DNA from: an uncultured Poribacteria bacterium
GTDB lineage: Bacteria > Poribacteria > WGA-4E > WGA-3G
Reading direction: 5' to 3'
Length of the DNA stretch: 64,000 bases
NCBI GenBank assembly: GCA_951813565.1
Contig: OX638351.1
Location: 1,152,001 to 1,216,000, forward strand
This document shows positions 41,760 through 51,980 of this stretch, piece after piece (position 1 is the stretch's first letter; each line of letters begins with the position of its first letter). The notes under the pieces are model-generated. The model was not told the origin of the DNA, did not search any database, and saw only the letters and a list, made by a program, of their open reading frames with translations. The position numbers and the translations under genes are program-made.

Positions 41760-44465
41760 TTAGCGTCCATGGCATTTTTTATATTTTTTTCCACTGCCGC
41801 ATGGACACGGTGCATTTCGTCCAACTTTTGGCATAGTTCCCATTGCCTGCTGTGAAGCAAATTCTGCTGAAGTTTGAGAGCTATCATTGGCAGCGCGGCG
41901 CGGCGGCGTTCGGCGGGAGCTGCTTGCCTTTCTGTTAGGCACTCGGCGGGGTGCTTCAGTATTAATACGCGATTTGAAGATAAACTCGCTTACTTCTTTC
42001 TCTACGTTTTGATACATGGATTCAAAGACACCGAGTGCCTCGCTTTTAAAAACAACAATTGGGTCTTTGCCGCCATAGCCTGCTCCGAACCTGATACCTT
42101 CTTCAATAAAATCAATATTATAAAGGTGGTCTTTCCAATGGTTGTCAATTCTATCTAACACAAGGAGTCGTTCAAGGAGACGCATGGTCTCCGATCCCAT
42201 TTCAGTTTCCCGTTGTTGATATGCAGTTTTAAGTTCTGCAATGATCTGTGCGTGCAGATCATCTGCGGATATTTCGGTTAGCGGGGTTTTCCAAGTGGGG
42301 TTAATCGGAAAAGTAGTTGTCAACCATTTTGTAAACTGTTCCAGGTCTTCTGTTTCACGCGGGCCTTTTTCAGGAATGATCATATCAATTTCATCATCGA
42401 CGACGTTCTCGATCATCTCCCACACAGTTTCTTTGGAGTCTTCATCTGAGAGAATAGTATCTCTTAATGTGTAAACGGTATCGCGTTGCGCTTCCATCAC
42501 ATCGTCAAATTTGAGTATATTTTTGCGGATATCAAAATTTATCTGTTCAACGCGTGTTTGTGACTTTTCTATTGCTTTTGAGACCCGCGGGTCTGCAAGT
42601 GGAATAGGTTCGTCCGTTGCAGCTCGGATCATAATCCCTTTTAGGCCTTCGATCAGACGTTCAGGTCCAAATTTTTTCATAAGGTCATCTTCAAGTGAGA
42701 GATAGAATGTTGATGAACCAGGGTCTCCTTGTCTTCCAGCGCGACCACGCAATTGGTTATCAATCCGGCGGGAATCGTGTCTTTCTGTTCCAACAATATG
42801 CAATCCGCCAGCGTTCAACACATGTTCTCGATTCTTTTCACAAATTTCTTCTGCTTCGGCGAGTGCCGTTTCTCGTTCCTCAGAATCCGGAGATAAAGCA
42901 TTTAAATTGATTTTCTTTTTTCGCAGCGTATCTTTTGCTAAACCTTCGGGATTACCACCAAGCAAGATATCAACACCTCTTCCTGCCATGTTGGTAGCAA
43001 TTGTTACGGCACCCGGCATTCCCGCTTGGGCGATGATGTCTGCCTCACGAGTATGCTCCTTAGCATTCAATACTTGGTGCTTAATATTCCGCTGTCTGGC
43101 TCTAAGCAGTTTACTTAATTTTTCCGAATTTTCGATGGAAATTGTTCCCACAAGGACAGGGCGACCTTTTTCGTGCTGCTCTGCAATGTCGTTCAGGACA
43201 GCATCATATTTTGCTTCTTCGGTTGCATAGATTTGGTCGGGATTATCAATCCGAATCATCGGTTCATTTGTAGGCACAACAACGACATCCAGTCCATAGA
43301 TATGCGCGAATTCGTTTGCTTCTGTTGCAGCTGTACCAGTCATCCCAGCGAGTTTCTCATACATCCGGAAATAGTTTTGGTATGTAATTTTTGCAAAGGT
43401 TTCGTTTTCTTGCGCGATTTTTACGCGTTCCTTTGCCTCAATGGCTTGGTGGAGCCCTTCACTCAACCGTCGCCCTATTTGTTTTCTGCCAGTGAATTCG
43501 TCAATAAGTATAACTTCGCCGTTTTCTACCAAATAGTGTATATCGCGATTGTAGAGGTGATGCGCGGTCAATGCTTGTTTGACATGGTGAACCAACATGA
43601 TGTTATTTTGTTCATACAAATTTTCTATTCCCAGACGACGTTGGACCTCTTCTATCCCATCATCTGTAAGCGTAACACTTCCGCGGGATTTGCCTTTCTT
43701 GTCAATTTCGTAATGTTCCTCGTTACGGAGCTGCGTAACAACACTATTAATTCTCCGGTAAAGTTCAGCGGGTTTGTCGGATGGGTCCGAAATAATGAGG
43801 GGTGTGCGTGCTTCATCAATGAGGATACTATCAACTTCGTCAAGGATGGCATAAGGATGCCCACGCTGTACTTTCATATCAATGGTAAGTGCTCGGTTAT
43901 CATTCAGATAGTCAAACCCAAACTCACTGTGGACTCCGTAGGTGATATCATTTTTATATGCGAGTTTTTTCTGTTCGTGTGGCATCTGGCTCAGTGTCAA
44001 TCCGACAGACAATCCGAGGAAATTGTATATTTTTCCCATCCATTCGGCATCCCGGCGTGCAAGATAATCATTGACTGTTGCGAGATGAACGCCATTTCCG
44101 GTGAGTGCGTTCAAATAGACAGCGAGGGTTGAAGTTAACGTTTTGCCTTCCCCCGTTCTCATTTCAGCGATTCCACCCTGATGGAGTGCTGCACCACCGA
44201 TTATTTGAACATCGTAGTGCCGCTGTTTTAATGTTCGCACTGCTGTTTCTCGAACAACGGCAAAAGCTTCTGGTAACAACTCTTCAAGAGATGCACCAGC
44301 ATCTAATTGCTTTCGGAACCACGGGGTTTTGGCTTGGAGTTGTGAGTCAGTGAGTCTTTTGATTTCCGACTCGCGTTGGTTGACAGCTTCAACAACTTCG
44401 CGAAAGCGTTTGACATCACGGTCTTCCTTTGTACCAAAGACTTTGTTCATTACTTTTTCAAACAT
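41760..44465 (-). CDS. secA: Protein translocase subunit SecA
   Basis: [42 protein letters not shown] and [17 protein letters not shown]. Confidence 0.98.
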   Translation of the reverse strand: MFEKVMNKVFGTKEDRDVKRFREVVEAVNQRESEIKRLTDSQLQAKTPWFRKQLDAGASLEELLPEAFAVVRETAVRTLKQRHYDVQIIGGAALHQGGIAEMRTGEGKTLTSTLAVYLNALTGNGVHLATVNDYLARRDAEWMGKIYNFLGLSVGLTLSQMPHEQKKLAYKNDITYGVHSEFGFDYLNDNRALTIDMKVQRGHPYAILDEVDSILIDEARTPLIISDPSDKPAELYRRINSVVTQLRNEEHYEIDKKGKSRGSVTLTDDGIEEVQRRLGIENLYEQNNIMLVHHVKQALTAHHLYNRDIHYLVENGEVILIDEFTGRKQIGRRLSEGLHQAIEAKERVKIAQENETFAKITYQNYFRMYEKLAGMTGTAATEANEFAHIYGLDVVVVPTNEPMIRIDNPDQIYATEEAKYDAVLNDIAEQHEKGRPVLVGTISIENSEKLSKLLRARQRNIKHQVLNAKEHTREADIIAQAGMPGAVTIATNMAGRGVDILLGGNPEGLAKDTLRKKKINLNALSPDSEERETALAEAEEICEKNREHVLNAGGLHIVGTERHDSRRIDNQLRGRAGRQGDPGSSTFYLSLEDDLMKKFGPERLIEGLKGIMIRAATDEPIPLADPRVSKAIEKSQTRVEQINFDIRKNILKFDDVMEAQRDTVYTLRDTILSDEDSKETVWEMIENVVDDEIDMIIPEKGPRETEDLEQFTKWLTTTFPINPTWKTPLTEISADDLHAQIIAELKTAYQQRETEMGSETMRLLERLLVLDRIDNHWKDHLYNIDFIEEGIRFGAGYGGKDPIVVFKSEALGVFESMYQNVEKEVSEFIFKSRINTEAPRRVPNRKASSSRRTPPRRAANDSSQTSAEFASQQAMGTMPKVGRNAPCPCGSGKKYKKCHGR

Positions 44466-44527
44466 AATTTTCCTCAAACTGCATCAAACTTTTGCATTAC
44501 CAATAGGGCCCTGCTTTTGATTATTTT

Positions 44528-44679
44528 ACCTAAGTTGCTACGGACAAGATTTCAAGCTTGTAGACCTTGCTTTTTACTGAAAAACAAGGATTTCCAGCTA
44601 ATTCTTATGCTTTCTTTTTTAAATCGGGGTTAGAAACCCCTCCTACAAGAGCATTCGCGATATAGGTAGCAACTTGGGT
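44528..44679. mobile_element. MITE family A (inverted copy of 989-1143)
   Basis: acctaagttgctac ... gtagcaacttgggt; TSD tatttt; internal REP atcggggttagaaacccctcctaca. Confidence 0.75.
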
Positions 44680-44730
44680 TATTTTGCATAAATAGAGTTT
44701 TACTTATCAGCAGGTTGCCGTAGTTTTATA

Positions 44731-45915
44731 TTATTTGTCTCCTATAGGCAGTGGGGCGGGTTCTGTTTGCCCAACCGTTCCGATTGTATCTAATAGATTT
44801 TGTCCATCAATATGTTTTCGTAGAATCGTGTAAATTAGTGTTGTGCCAACAGATGCAAGTGAAAAGAGATAGGCTACCACACCGCCTGCAATACATATTA
44901 ACGTTAACGTTATGAAAATGGCACAGATCGTAGTTGAAAAAGTTGTGGCAGAAAGTTGGGATGGGTTGATGCCAAAGATAATAGTGTTATCTTGAAAAAA
45001 CAGGCTTGCAAATTTCTGGAGTGTTCCGCCTAACCATTCATTAGCAAATCCCAGGGATTCTTGCATGTATGTTTTATGTAGATAGGACGTTGGTAATAGG
45101 ATTATTGCAAACCCAGCGAGGCAGAAGATTGCCCAAATCGGCACAAAGATTAGTTTTAGAACCAGTAAGAAGATACCATAACCTACAATACGCCAAGGTT
45201 GATTCCATACAATCGCAAAAAGTTGATATATAGTTTCAAACGCATCCGTATTGGTCGTAGAAACAATAGCAGGCACAAAAAATAGGCCTGAAATAAAAAC
45301 AGTAATTATAAATGCGATGAGCAAACCGAGTAAAAAAGCGATAGGTGTAAAAAGTGAAGCTAATATGAGGATAGGTTTGCCAAGAAATGGGATTTTGCCG
45401 AGCAACGCAACGCTACCATGTATTAAGAATAAGAAAAATATGATAAAAACTAATCCGAAAAATGAACCAAAAACTGTTTTCCAATTCTGTTTTACGAAAC
45501 TTAAAGCGTTTCCAACTGAAAAGAAATCATCACCGCGTAATTGTTCAATGGTAATCTTGGAAACCATTGTACTGACAAGGAAAAAGATAGCTGCAAAAAC
45601 AACTACACCCACCCACATTGCTCCAGTTGTAAGAGGGTTTAAATTGGTAGCAGCGAATGGCAGAACCGGTATGAGTCCAAAGTTTTCCCAAAACGTTTGT
45701 GCTTTTGTCCCATCCGTAATGAAGATACTGAGATAAACCAATATTTCATAAATTAGGTAGCCGATCAGTATTCCCACCAGGTGAATTCCTATCCTTCGAC
45801 CACTGAATCCATACCGGTTAATTCTGGAGATATCCTTATAGTTGAAGTGGAACTGTTCCATGTTTTCGTCAGATTTACTGATGTGTGTTACGTCAGAATT
45901 ATTATGTGGTGACAA
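44731..45915 (-). CDS. Polytopic membrane protein of unknown function
   Basis: About 7 hydrophobic segments. Confidence 0.7.
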   Translation of the reverse strand: MSPHNNSDVTHISKSDENMEQFHFNYKDISRINRYGFSGRRIGIHLVGILIGYLIYEILVYLSIFITDGTKAQTFWENFGLIPVLPFAATNLNPLTTGAMWVGVVVFAAIFFLVSTMVSKITIEQLRGDDFFSVGNALSFVKQNWKTVFGSFFGLVFIIFFLFLIHGSVALLGKIPFLGKPILILASLFTPIAFLLGLLIAFIITVFISGLFFVPAIVSTTNTDAFETIYQLFAIVWNQPWRIVGYGIFLLVLKLIFVPIWAIFCLAGFAIILLPTSYLHKTYMQESLGFANEWLGGTLQKFASLFFQDNTIIFGINPSQLSATTFSTTICAIFITLTLICIAGGVVAYLFSLASVGTTLIYTILRKHIDGQNLLDTIGTVGQTEPAPLPIGDK

Positions 45916-46127
45916 CGCGCATTCACTCTATTATGATACTATAATTTACCCAATTGTGTCAAGTATTTATTTGGGTCATTTTAGTTTTCGGTTGCTGTTT
46001 TGTCGGGAGGGAACCACTGGTAGGTTGTTCCTACAGTGGAGTTCGGGGTTGACGCTGGTTGGCACTCTTACAAAGAAGAACTAAATTGGAAGATTAAGAG
46101 TATCATGGAATTAGCGTGCTGGGTTGA

Positions 46128-49100
46128 GTTTCTATTCCACATTGGTGCGATTAAAAGTGGTTCTCTGGCTTCAGCATGACAGACAGAACAAGCCGTTTCT
46201 ATTCCACATTGGTGCGATTAAAAGTTGTGGGTCGCCGTTGGCAATGCTATTGGTGTACCCGTGTTTCTATTCCACATTGGTGCGATTAAAAGGATTGGCC
46301 CCCTGTGACTTGTTCGGCGCCCCTGATCATGTTTCTATTCCACATTGGTGCGATTAAAAGTTTTCTGTTTTATCCCAAGGTGCTGCCAGTTGTTGATCTG
46401 TTTCTATTCCACATTGGTGCGATTAAAAGGCACGTGGGGTTGCTACACCAGAAATCAATTATGTCGTTTCTATTCCACATTGGTGCGATTAAAAGGTTGA
46501 AACTGCTGGCATAGTCAGATTACGTAACAAGAGTTTCTATTCCACATTGGTGCGATTAAAAGAATGCCAATTATGTCCAGTTCGGACTCTGGGTGGCAAT
46601 GTTTCTATTCCACATTGGTGCGATTAAAAGGAGTGCAAGAGGACTAACCAGACAGAACACATATTACTTGTTTCTATTCCACATTGGTGCGATTAAAAGA
46701 AGCCTCCACAGGTTCGGGGGTTATAGGGTTTTCAACGTTTCTATTCCACATTGGTGCGATTAAAAGAAGCCTCCACAGGTTCGGGGGTTATAGGGTTTTC
46801 AACGTTTCTATTCCACATTGGTGCGATTAAAAGTTTGCAGCAACAAGTACCTTATAAGAGTTGAAAGCGACGTTTCTATTCCACATTGGTGCGATTAAAA
46901 GATAAGTGGATGGTTGATCCTACATCTTCGGATCCCGTGTTTCTATTCCACATTGGTGCGATTAAAAGTAAGAAATTCTCCAAACCTACGAGTCAGGAAA
47001 CCCCGTTTCTATTCCACATTGGTGCGATTAAAAGGTTTCAGCACCACTCACATTAAAATAACCAGTAAGGGGTTTCTATTCCACATTGGTGCGATTAAAA
47101 GCGCGTTTGCACAAGAAAGAATTGTTCAGGATACATTAGAGAGTTTCTATTCCACATTGGTGCGATTAAAAGGTAATTAGAAAAACCCGAGCTGATTATT
47201 CCCCGAACAGTTTCTATTCCACATTGGTGCGATTAAAAGGTCTTGATATTGTCAAGCAAGTTGCAAGATATTCTCAGTTTCTATTCCACATTGGTGCGAT
47301 TAAAAGTTTAAAAAACCTGCCTATAGGGTATCGTGAAAATAGTTTCTATTCCACATTGGTGCGATTAAAAGTAGGTGTATTACACACTTTCTACGTTGCT
47401 TGGGGGTTTCTATTCCACATTGGTGCGATTAAAAGTATGTTTAGTTCTTGTTTATAATACTTTTATTTCACACGTTTCTATTCCACATTGGTGCGATTAA
47501 AAGTGGTGAAGATGTAATTATGCCTATCTATACAGATGATGTTTCTATTCCACATTGGTGCGATTAAAAGATTGAACAAGATTTTACAAGGTATACAAAA
47601 GTTGCCAGCGTTTCTATTCCACATTGGTGCGATTAAAAGAAAAAGCCGACAGTCTGTTAACCGTAAACTCAACAACCGTTTCTATTCCACATTGGTGCGA
47701 TTAAAAGTTGGTCTTTACAGGACATAGAAACTGTCTTTGAGTATGTTTCTATTCCACATTGGTGCGATTAAAAGGTTTATGAGAGGGGGAACATGTCCCC
47801 TTCAGACGCAGTTTCTATTCCACATTGGTGCGATTAAAAGAATATGACCCCGAAAAATTCACTTATATTGTTAGTAGTTTCTATTCCACATTGGTGCGAT
47901 TAAAAGGAGTTCCATTCTGGTGCATCACTCCGAATGAATTATAGTTTCTATTCCACATTGGTGCGATTAAAAGACAAACCTCTGCCCTAACATCCTTATA
48001 CGAGATCATCTCGTTTCTATTCCACATTGGTGCGATTAAAAGTCTACGTCTTATCTTGAACAAGTTATCCGTGCTAACTATGTTTCTATTCCACATTGGT
48101 GCGATTAAAAGAACCGATTGTAATTCCGATAGCACATTGTCCAAGCGGTTTCTATTCCACATTGGTGCGATTAAAAGTTATCGCGGCTCTCCCAGTCCGT
48201 ATTGGAGAGACTCTGGCGTTTCTATTCCACATTGGTGCGATTAAAAGTTTAGGCTTGAAAATCCGTGAGCGTGTTTGTAAGAGAGTTTCTATTCCACATT
48301 GGTGCGATTAAAAGGATCGTCTGTGATCCTTGTAGTCAACCTGATATTTGTTTCTATTCCACATTGGTGCGATTAAAAGGTCCAGTTCGGACTCTGGGTG
48401 GCGGTTGGAAATGCCATGTTTCTATTCCACATTGGTGCGATTAAAAGCCGAAAAGGATGACTTTGAATTTGCTAATCAACGAAGAGTTTCTATTCCACAT
48501 TGGTGCGATTAAAAGTTACTAAAGCAAAACTTAGAGTTTATATCTCCCAAGTTTCTATTCCACATTGGTGCGATTAAAAGTATATTCGCATCACAAAAGC
48601 AAAATGGAGCGTTAAGTTTCTATTCCACATTGGTGCGATTAAAAGTGCGGAGGGCCTCAAACTTTTATTTTTGGGTGAATGCTGTTTCTATTCCACATTG
48701 GTGCGATTAAAAGTGAGCGTCCCTGGATTCAACAACAAGGAGATATAAAAAGTTTCTATTCCACATTGGTGCGATTAAAAGGAAAAGTACATGAAGGAGG
48801 TGAAGAGGAAATGGCTGTTTCTATTCCACATTGGTGCGATTAAAAGGTGATGATCTTCGTCGTCATCAGGTAGGGCATGTTGCGTTTCTATTCCACATTG
48901 GTGCGATTAAAAGTGAAAAGAAAGTCCTCGCTGGTGGTTATGACTATACGTTTCTATTCCACATTGGTGCGATTAAAAGTGTTTAATCTTCATTACTCCA
49001 ATGAAGACTATTATATGTTTCTATTCCACATTGGTGCGATTAAAAGTCTGGCCGCTCAGGGCGCTGTTCTGATGCATGTGATGTTTCTATTCCACATTGG

Positions 49101-49310
49101 TGCGATTAAAAGACCAAACATCAACTATGTCCGCTTCGGCTTGTATGGTTTCTATTCCACATTGGTGCGATTAAAAGTGTTTAATCTTCATTACTCCAAT
49201 GAAGACTATTATATGTTTCTATTCCACATTGGTGCGATTAAAAGGGCTTTCCCGGACAGACAGCCAATCGGTCGCCATCAGTTTCTATTCCACATTGGTG
49301 CGATTAAAAG
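46128..49310 (-). CRISPR. CRISPR array, 48 repeats / 47 spacers (34-41 nt)
   Basis: Invariant 30-bp repeat GTTTCTATTCCACATTGGTGCGATTAAAAG on +. The transcribed strand is CTTTTAATCGCACCAATGTGGAATAGAAAC (3' GAAAC), with the leader on the cas2 side. Confidence 0.98.
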
Positions 49311-49566
49311 GCTATCCAAAAACTACATAAACATTATAATAAACCCTTACAGTTCCTGTCAAGTTAAAATTTATTTTTGTCAGATTTATGGGTGGTTGCC
49401 GTCAACCTCTAATCGTGCAAATTCTCTGGGAGGTTGACGGCAGTAGACGCATCAAGGGTTTGTCGGGGATTTTGCACGATTTTCGGTGCAGTATTGAGCC
49501 GCAAAATGAGAAAGATTTCGGAGGTCGACAGCAGAACATCAACACAGATTTACCGATGACGCCTTA
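49311..49566 (-). promoter_or_regulatory. CRISPR leader with sigma70 promoter
   Basis: Minus strand TTGACA (49362-49357)-N18-TATAAT (49338-49333); gtcaacctc/gaggttgac inverted motif. Confidence 0.75.
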
Positions 49567-49830
49567 CTACAGCAGGTTTGTCGCAGGATTCTTGTCAACA
49601 CCCATCACCTCTTTGGTCATCCATTTCGCATCGCGCAGTTGATAGATAATAACTGAGTCTTTTTCAGGATCGGTGATTTCTGCTAAACCCGATTTGACAC
49701 GAGCGAACTGTGCTTTGGTCAATTGTCCTTCAAATACAGAGTTTTGAATCCAATTGAGATGTTGACGCAGATATTTACATACCTTTGCCACCCGTTTCAC
49801 TTCTATGTCGTAAACGAGGATGATATACAT
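49567..49830 (-). CDS. cas2: Cas2
   Basis: MYIILVYDI, WIQNSVFEG and DSVIIY. Confidence 0.95.
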   Translation of the reverse strand: MYIILVYDIEVKRVAKVCKYLRQHLNWIQNSVFEGQLTKAQFARVKSGLAEITDPEKDSVIIYQLRDAKWMTKEVMGVDKNPATNLL

Positions 49831-49957
49831 TGTGATTGCCTCCGTTATATAAGATTGTCACGATTCCAAATCAACGGTATGAATGCCATTAAGGCATTCC
49901 CTGGAGATCGCTCCTACAGCGGTAAATCTGCTTTTTTCGGACGAGGAGACCTTGCCC

Positions 49958-50187
49958 CTACGATTTAGTGTGCTTCTACCACCACTGTCGCGAGCTGGAC
50001 AAGAAAATCGGGCTTAGAAAGCCCTCCCACAAGACAAAGTGCTTCTACCACCACTGTCGCGAGCTGGACAAGAAAATCGGGCTTAGAAAGCCCTCCCACA
50101 AGACAAAGTGCTTCTACCACCACTGTCGCGAGCTGGAGCTCGCTCCTACAAGAAGAGAATCTACGATTTAGTGTGTTTCTACCACCA
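49958..50187. repeat. 69-bp tandem repeats built from the cas1 3' end and REP fragments
   Basis: Units start at 49970, 50039 and 50108 (partial); each begins gtgcttctaccacca (cas1 TGGTGGTAG reversed). Confidence 0.85.
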
Positions 50188-51174
50188 TGGGCGGAGTGCT
50201 TGATACGTCTCCATCCCAACAAGATGTTTGATAAGTTTGTAACACTCTAATCTGATAAGTCGCTGATAGGAAACATGTCGATTCAGTTTACGATGCGAAA
50301 CCGTCTGCTTGAGTTGTTCGTCAAAAGCAGCAATAAAGGTTTTGCGTCCGTGTTCGTTCAGATAACACTCACCGACCTTTGTTTCAAAATGTTTTGATTC
50401 GTTGAGTTGCCCACGGTTAAACAATCGGAAGATAATCCTGTCAATGATCAGCGGTTTGAAGATTTCTGCGAGGTCAAGACTCAGTGAAAAACGACGCTCT
50501 CCCGGTTCATGCAGGAAACTGATTGTCGGGTTGAGCTGTGTGCGATAGATTTCTGTGAGACACGCTGGATACATCAATGAGTTGCCGAATGAGATAGCGG
50601 CATTAATTGGATTGTCAGGAGGACGCCGAACTCGACGTTCAAAAGGGGTTTCCAACTCCAGTATTGTGTTGAAAGCGGAGTAATAGGTGTCTCGGATTGT
50701 CCCTTCGTATCCCATCAACTCATTTGTATTTTTTGCGGATTGGCTTTCGTCAAGTAGCGTTTCTATTGTTTGAATTTGTGTGCTGCAATCTTTGCCACGA
50801 TTGGTATGATACCGCAATATTCGGAGCATATTGAATCCTGCGGATGCGACAAATTCGTGGGCAATCACCATGCGTTTGGCAGGTTTTTCGTAGTGCTGCA
50901 CCTGTTTAACGAGCAGTGAACCGGAGTTGAGATATTCTCTCGGATAATAACTTCCAGAATAGTATCCGTAATAGTTGAATACGTGGAAAGCGATTTTCTT
51001 TTGCGCGAGGAAGTTAAGCAGTTTAGTGTTGAGGTCAATTTCTCCGTAGAAGTAGAGTGCGTCGATGTCTTCTACGGGGATAGGGATACGTTTTGCGTCT
51101 TCCGGTTCAAGGTAGATTGTGTTGTCTTTTCGACGAATTCTACCGGGTTGTGTGATGTAGTAGTTGCGTGACAT
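50179..51174 (-). CDS. cas1: Cas1 (type I-B, no RT fusion)
   Basis: RRKDNTI, FNYYGYYSGS, PPDNPINAAISFGNS and LSLDLAEIFKP; GAAGGAG SD before ATG at 51174. Confidence 0.96.
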   Translation of the reverse strand: MSRNYYITQPGRIRRKDNTIYLEPEDAKRIPIPVEDIDALYFYGEIDLNTKLLNFLAQKKIAFHVFNYYGYYSGSYYPREYLNSGSLLVKQVQHYEKPAKRMVIAHEFVASAGFNMLRILRYHTNRGKDCSTQIQTIETLLDESQSAKNTNELMGYEGTIRDTYYSAFNTILELETPFERRVRRPPDNPINAAISFGNSLMYPACLTEIYRTQLNPTISFLHEPGERRFSLSLDLAEIFKPLIIDRIIFRLFNRGQLNESKHFETKVGECYLNEHGRKTFIAAFDEQLKQTVSHRKLNRHVSYQRLIRLECYKLIKHLVGMETYQALRPWW

Positions 51175-51241
51175 TGTTGGTCTCCTTCGTCGGCTATCGG
51201 GGTTGAAAACCCCTCCCACAAGAGAGGTCATACTACAAGTT

Positions 51242-51751
51242 TTAGCTCCAGCAGAGTTCTTGGTAACTACAGGATTTACATATCTTCATGTAATCGGCGT
51301 GCGGTGGTGTTGGTAGTGCGGTGATTCCTTGGACTTTTGTGATGGCGTCTTCCACCTCTTTTTCTTTTTCGGGTGTGAGTTCAACTTCGGTTGTTTGCCG
51401 TTGGCGCGGGTAGTTGATAATGCCTTTCCTATTGGATACACCTTTCTGTTTGAGCAGATAGAGGTAATAGCATATCTGCATGATGTGCGCTGTTTCCATT
51501 GATGTGCCAAATTTGATGTCGTGGAGGATGCCTTGTTTGTCTACGAAGTCAATACGAATGAGGTTGTCGATGTCCCATTCTCTGCGTTTTTCGCGTGGAT
51601 AACTCTCATCGTGTAGGTGTTTGCCGAGGTCAACTTTATCGGAGGTATGCTCCATTTCGAGATGGTGTGTGTAAAACCAGAGTTTGCGTTGGCAGATGTA
51701 GAGGTAGTTGATGGCTGTGCCGGTGATGTTTGGGTGGTGTGGGTTTTGCAT
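51242..51751 (-). CDS. cas4: Cas4
   Basis: ICQRKLW, RIDF..., QICYY and CKSCSYQELC. Confidence 0.95.
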   Translation of the reverse strand: MQNPHHPNITGTAINYLYICQRKLWFYTHHLEMEHTSDKVDLGKHLHDESYPREKRREWDIDNLIRIDFVDKQGILHDIKFGTSMETAHIMQICYYLYLLKQKGVSNRKGIINYPRQRQTTEVELTPEKEKEVEDAITKVQGITALPTPPHADYMKICKSCSYQELCWS

Positions 51752-51800
51752 TTGGGTGTTCTCCTTATATCTGTCAATTAGCGGTCAATCCCGTCACACG

Positions 51801-51878
51801 TTGTAGGGCGGGGTCTCTGTGCCCCGCCATATCTGATGTATGGAAACATTGGGCGGGCACAGAGACCCGCCCCTACAA
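51801..51878. repeat. GTAG-type REP doublet (also 12360-12433; related singlets at 1357, 3889, 51940, 56824, 59383)
   Basis: tgtagggcggggtctctgtgccccgcc ... gggcgggcacagagacccgcccctaca inverted pair. Confidence 0.75.
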
Positions 51879-51980
51879 TAAGGTAGGTGTGTTGGGTGTG
51901 CTAAATTGCGTACAAAAAAGGCATTCATAGCGTTGATTTATCGGTTTTGCAAGCTCTACCCGACCTACGAGACTAACTCA

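Noticed and set aside
41693..41887. 64-aa ORF overlapping the secA 3' end
   Set aside because: Alternate frame of secA with no SD or recognisable motif.
46124..49437. ORFs with repeating FYSTLVRLK / FLFHIGAIK
   Set aside because: Translations of CRISPR repeats.
49965..50222. 69-bp repeats as a second CRISPR array or a repeat protein
   Set aside because: The units are identical with no variable spacers, unrelated to the CRISPR repeat, and composed of REP pieces and the cas1 end.
50179..51231. RT-Cas1 fusion or N-terminally extended Cas1
   Set aside because: No RT motifs; the 19-aa extension in the ORF track is a REP hairpin, and the SD supports ATG at 51174.
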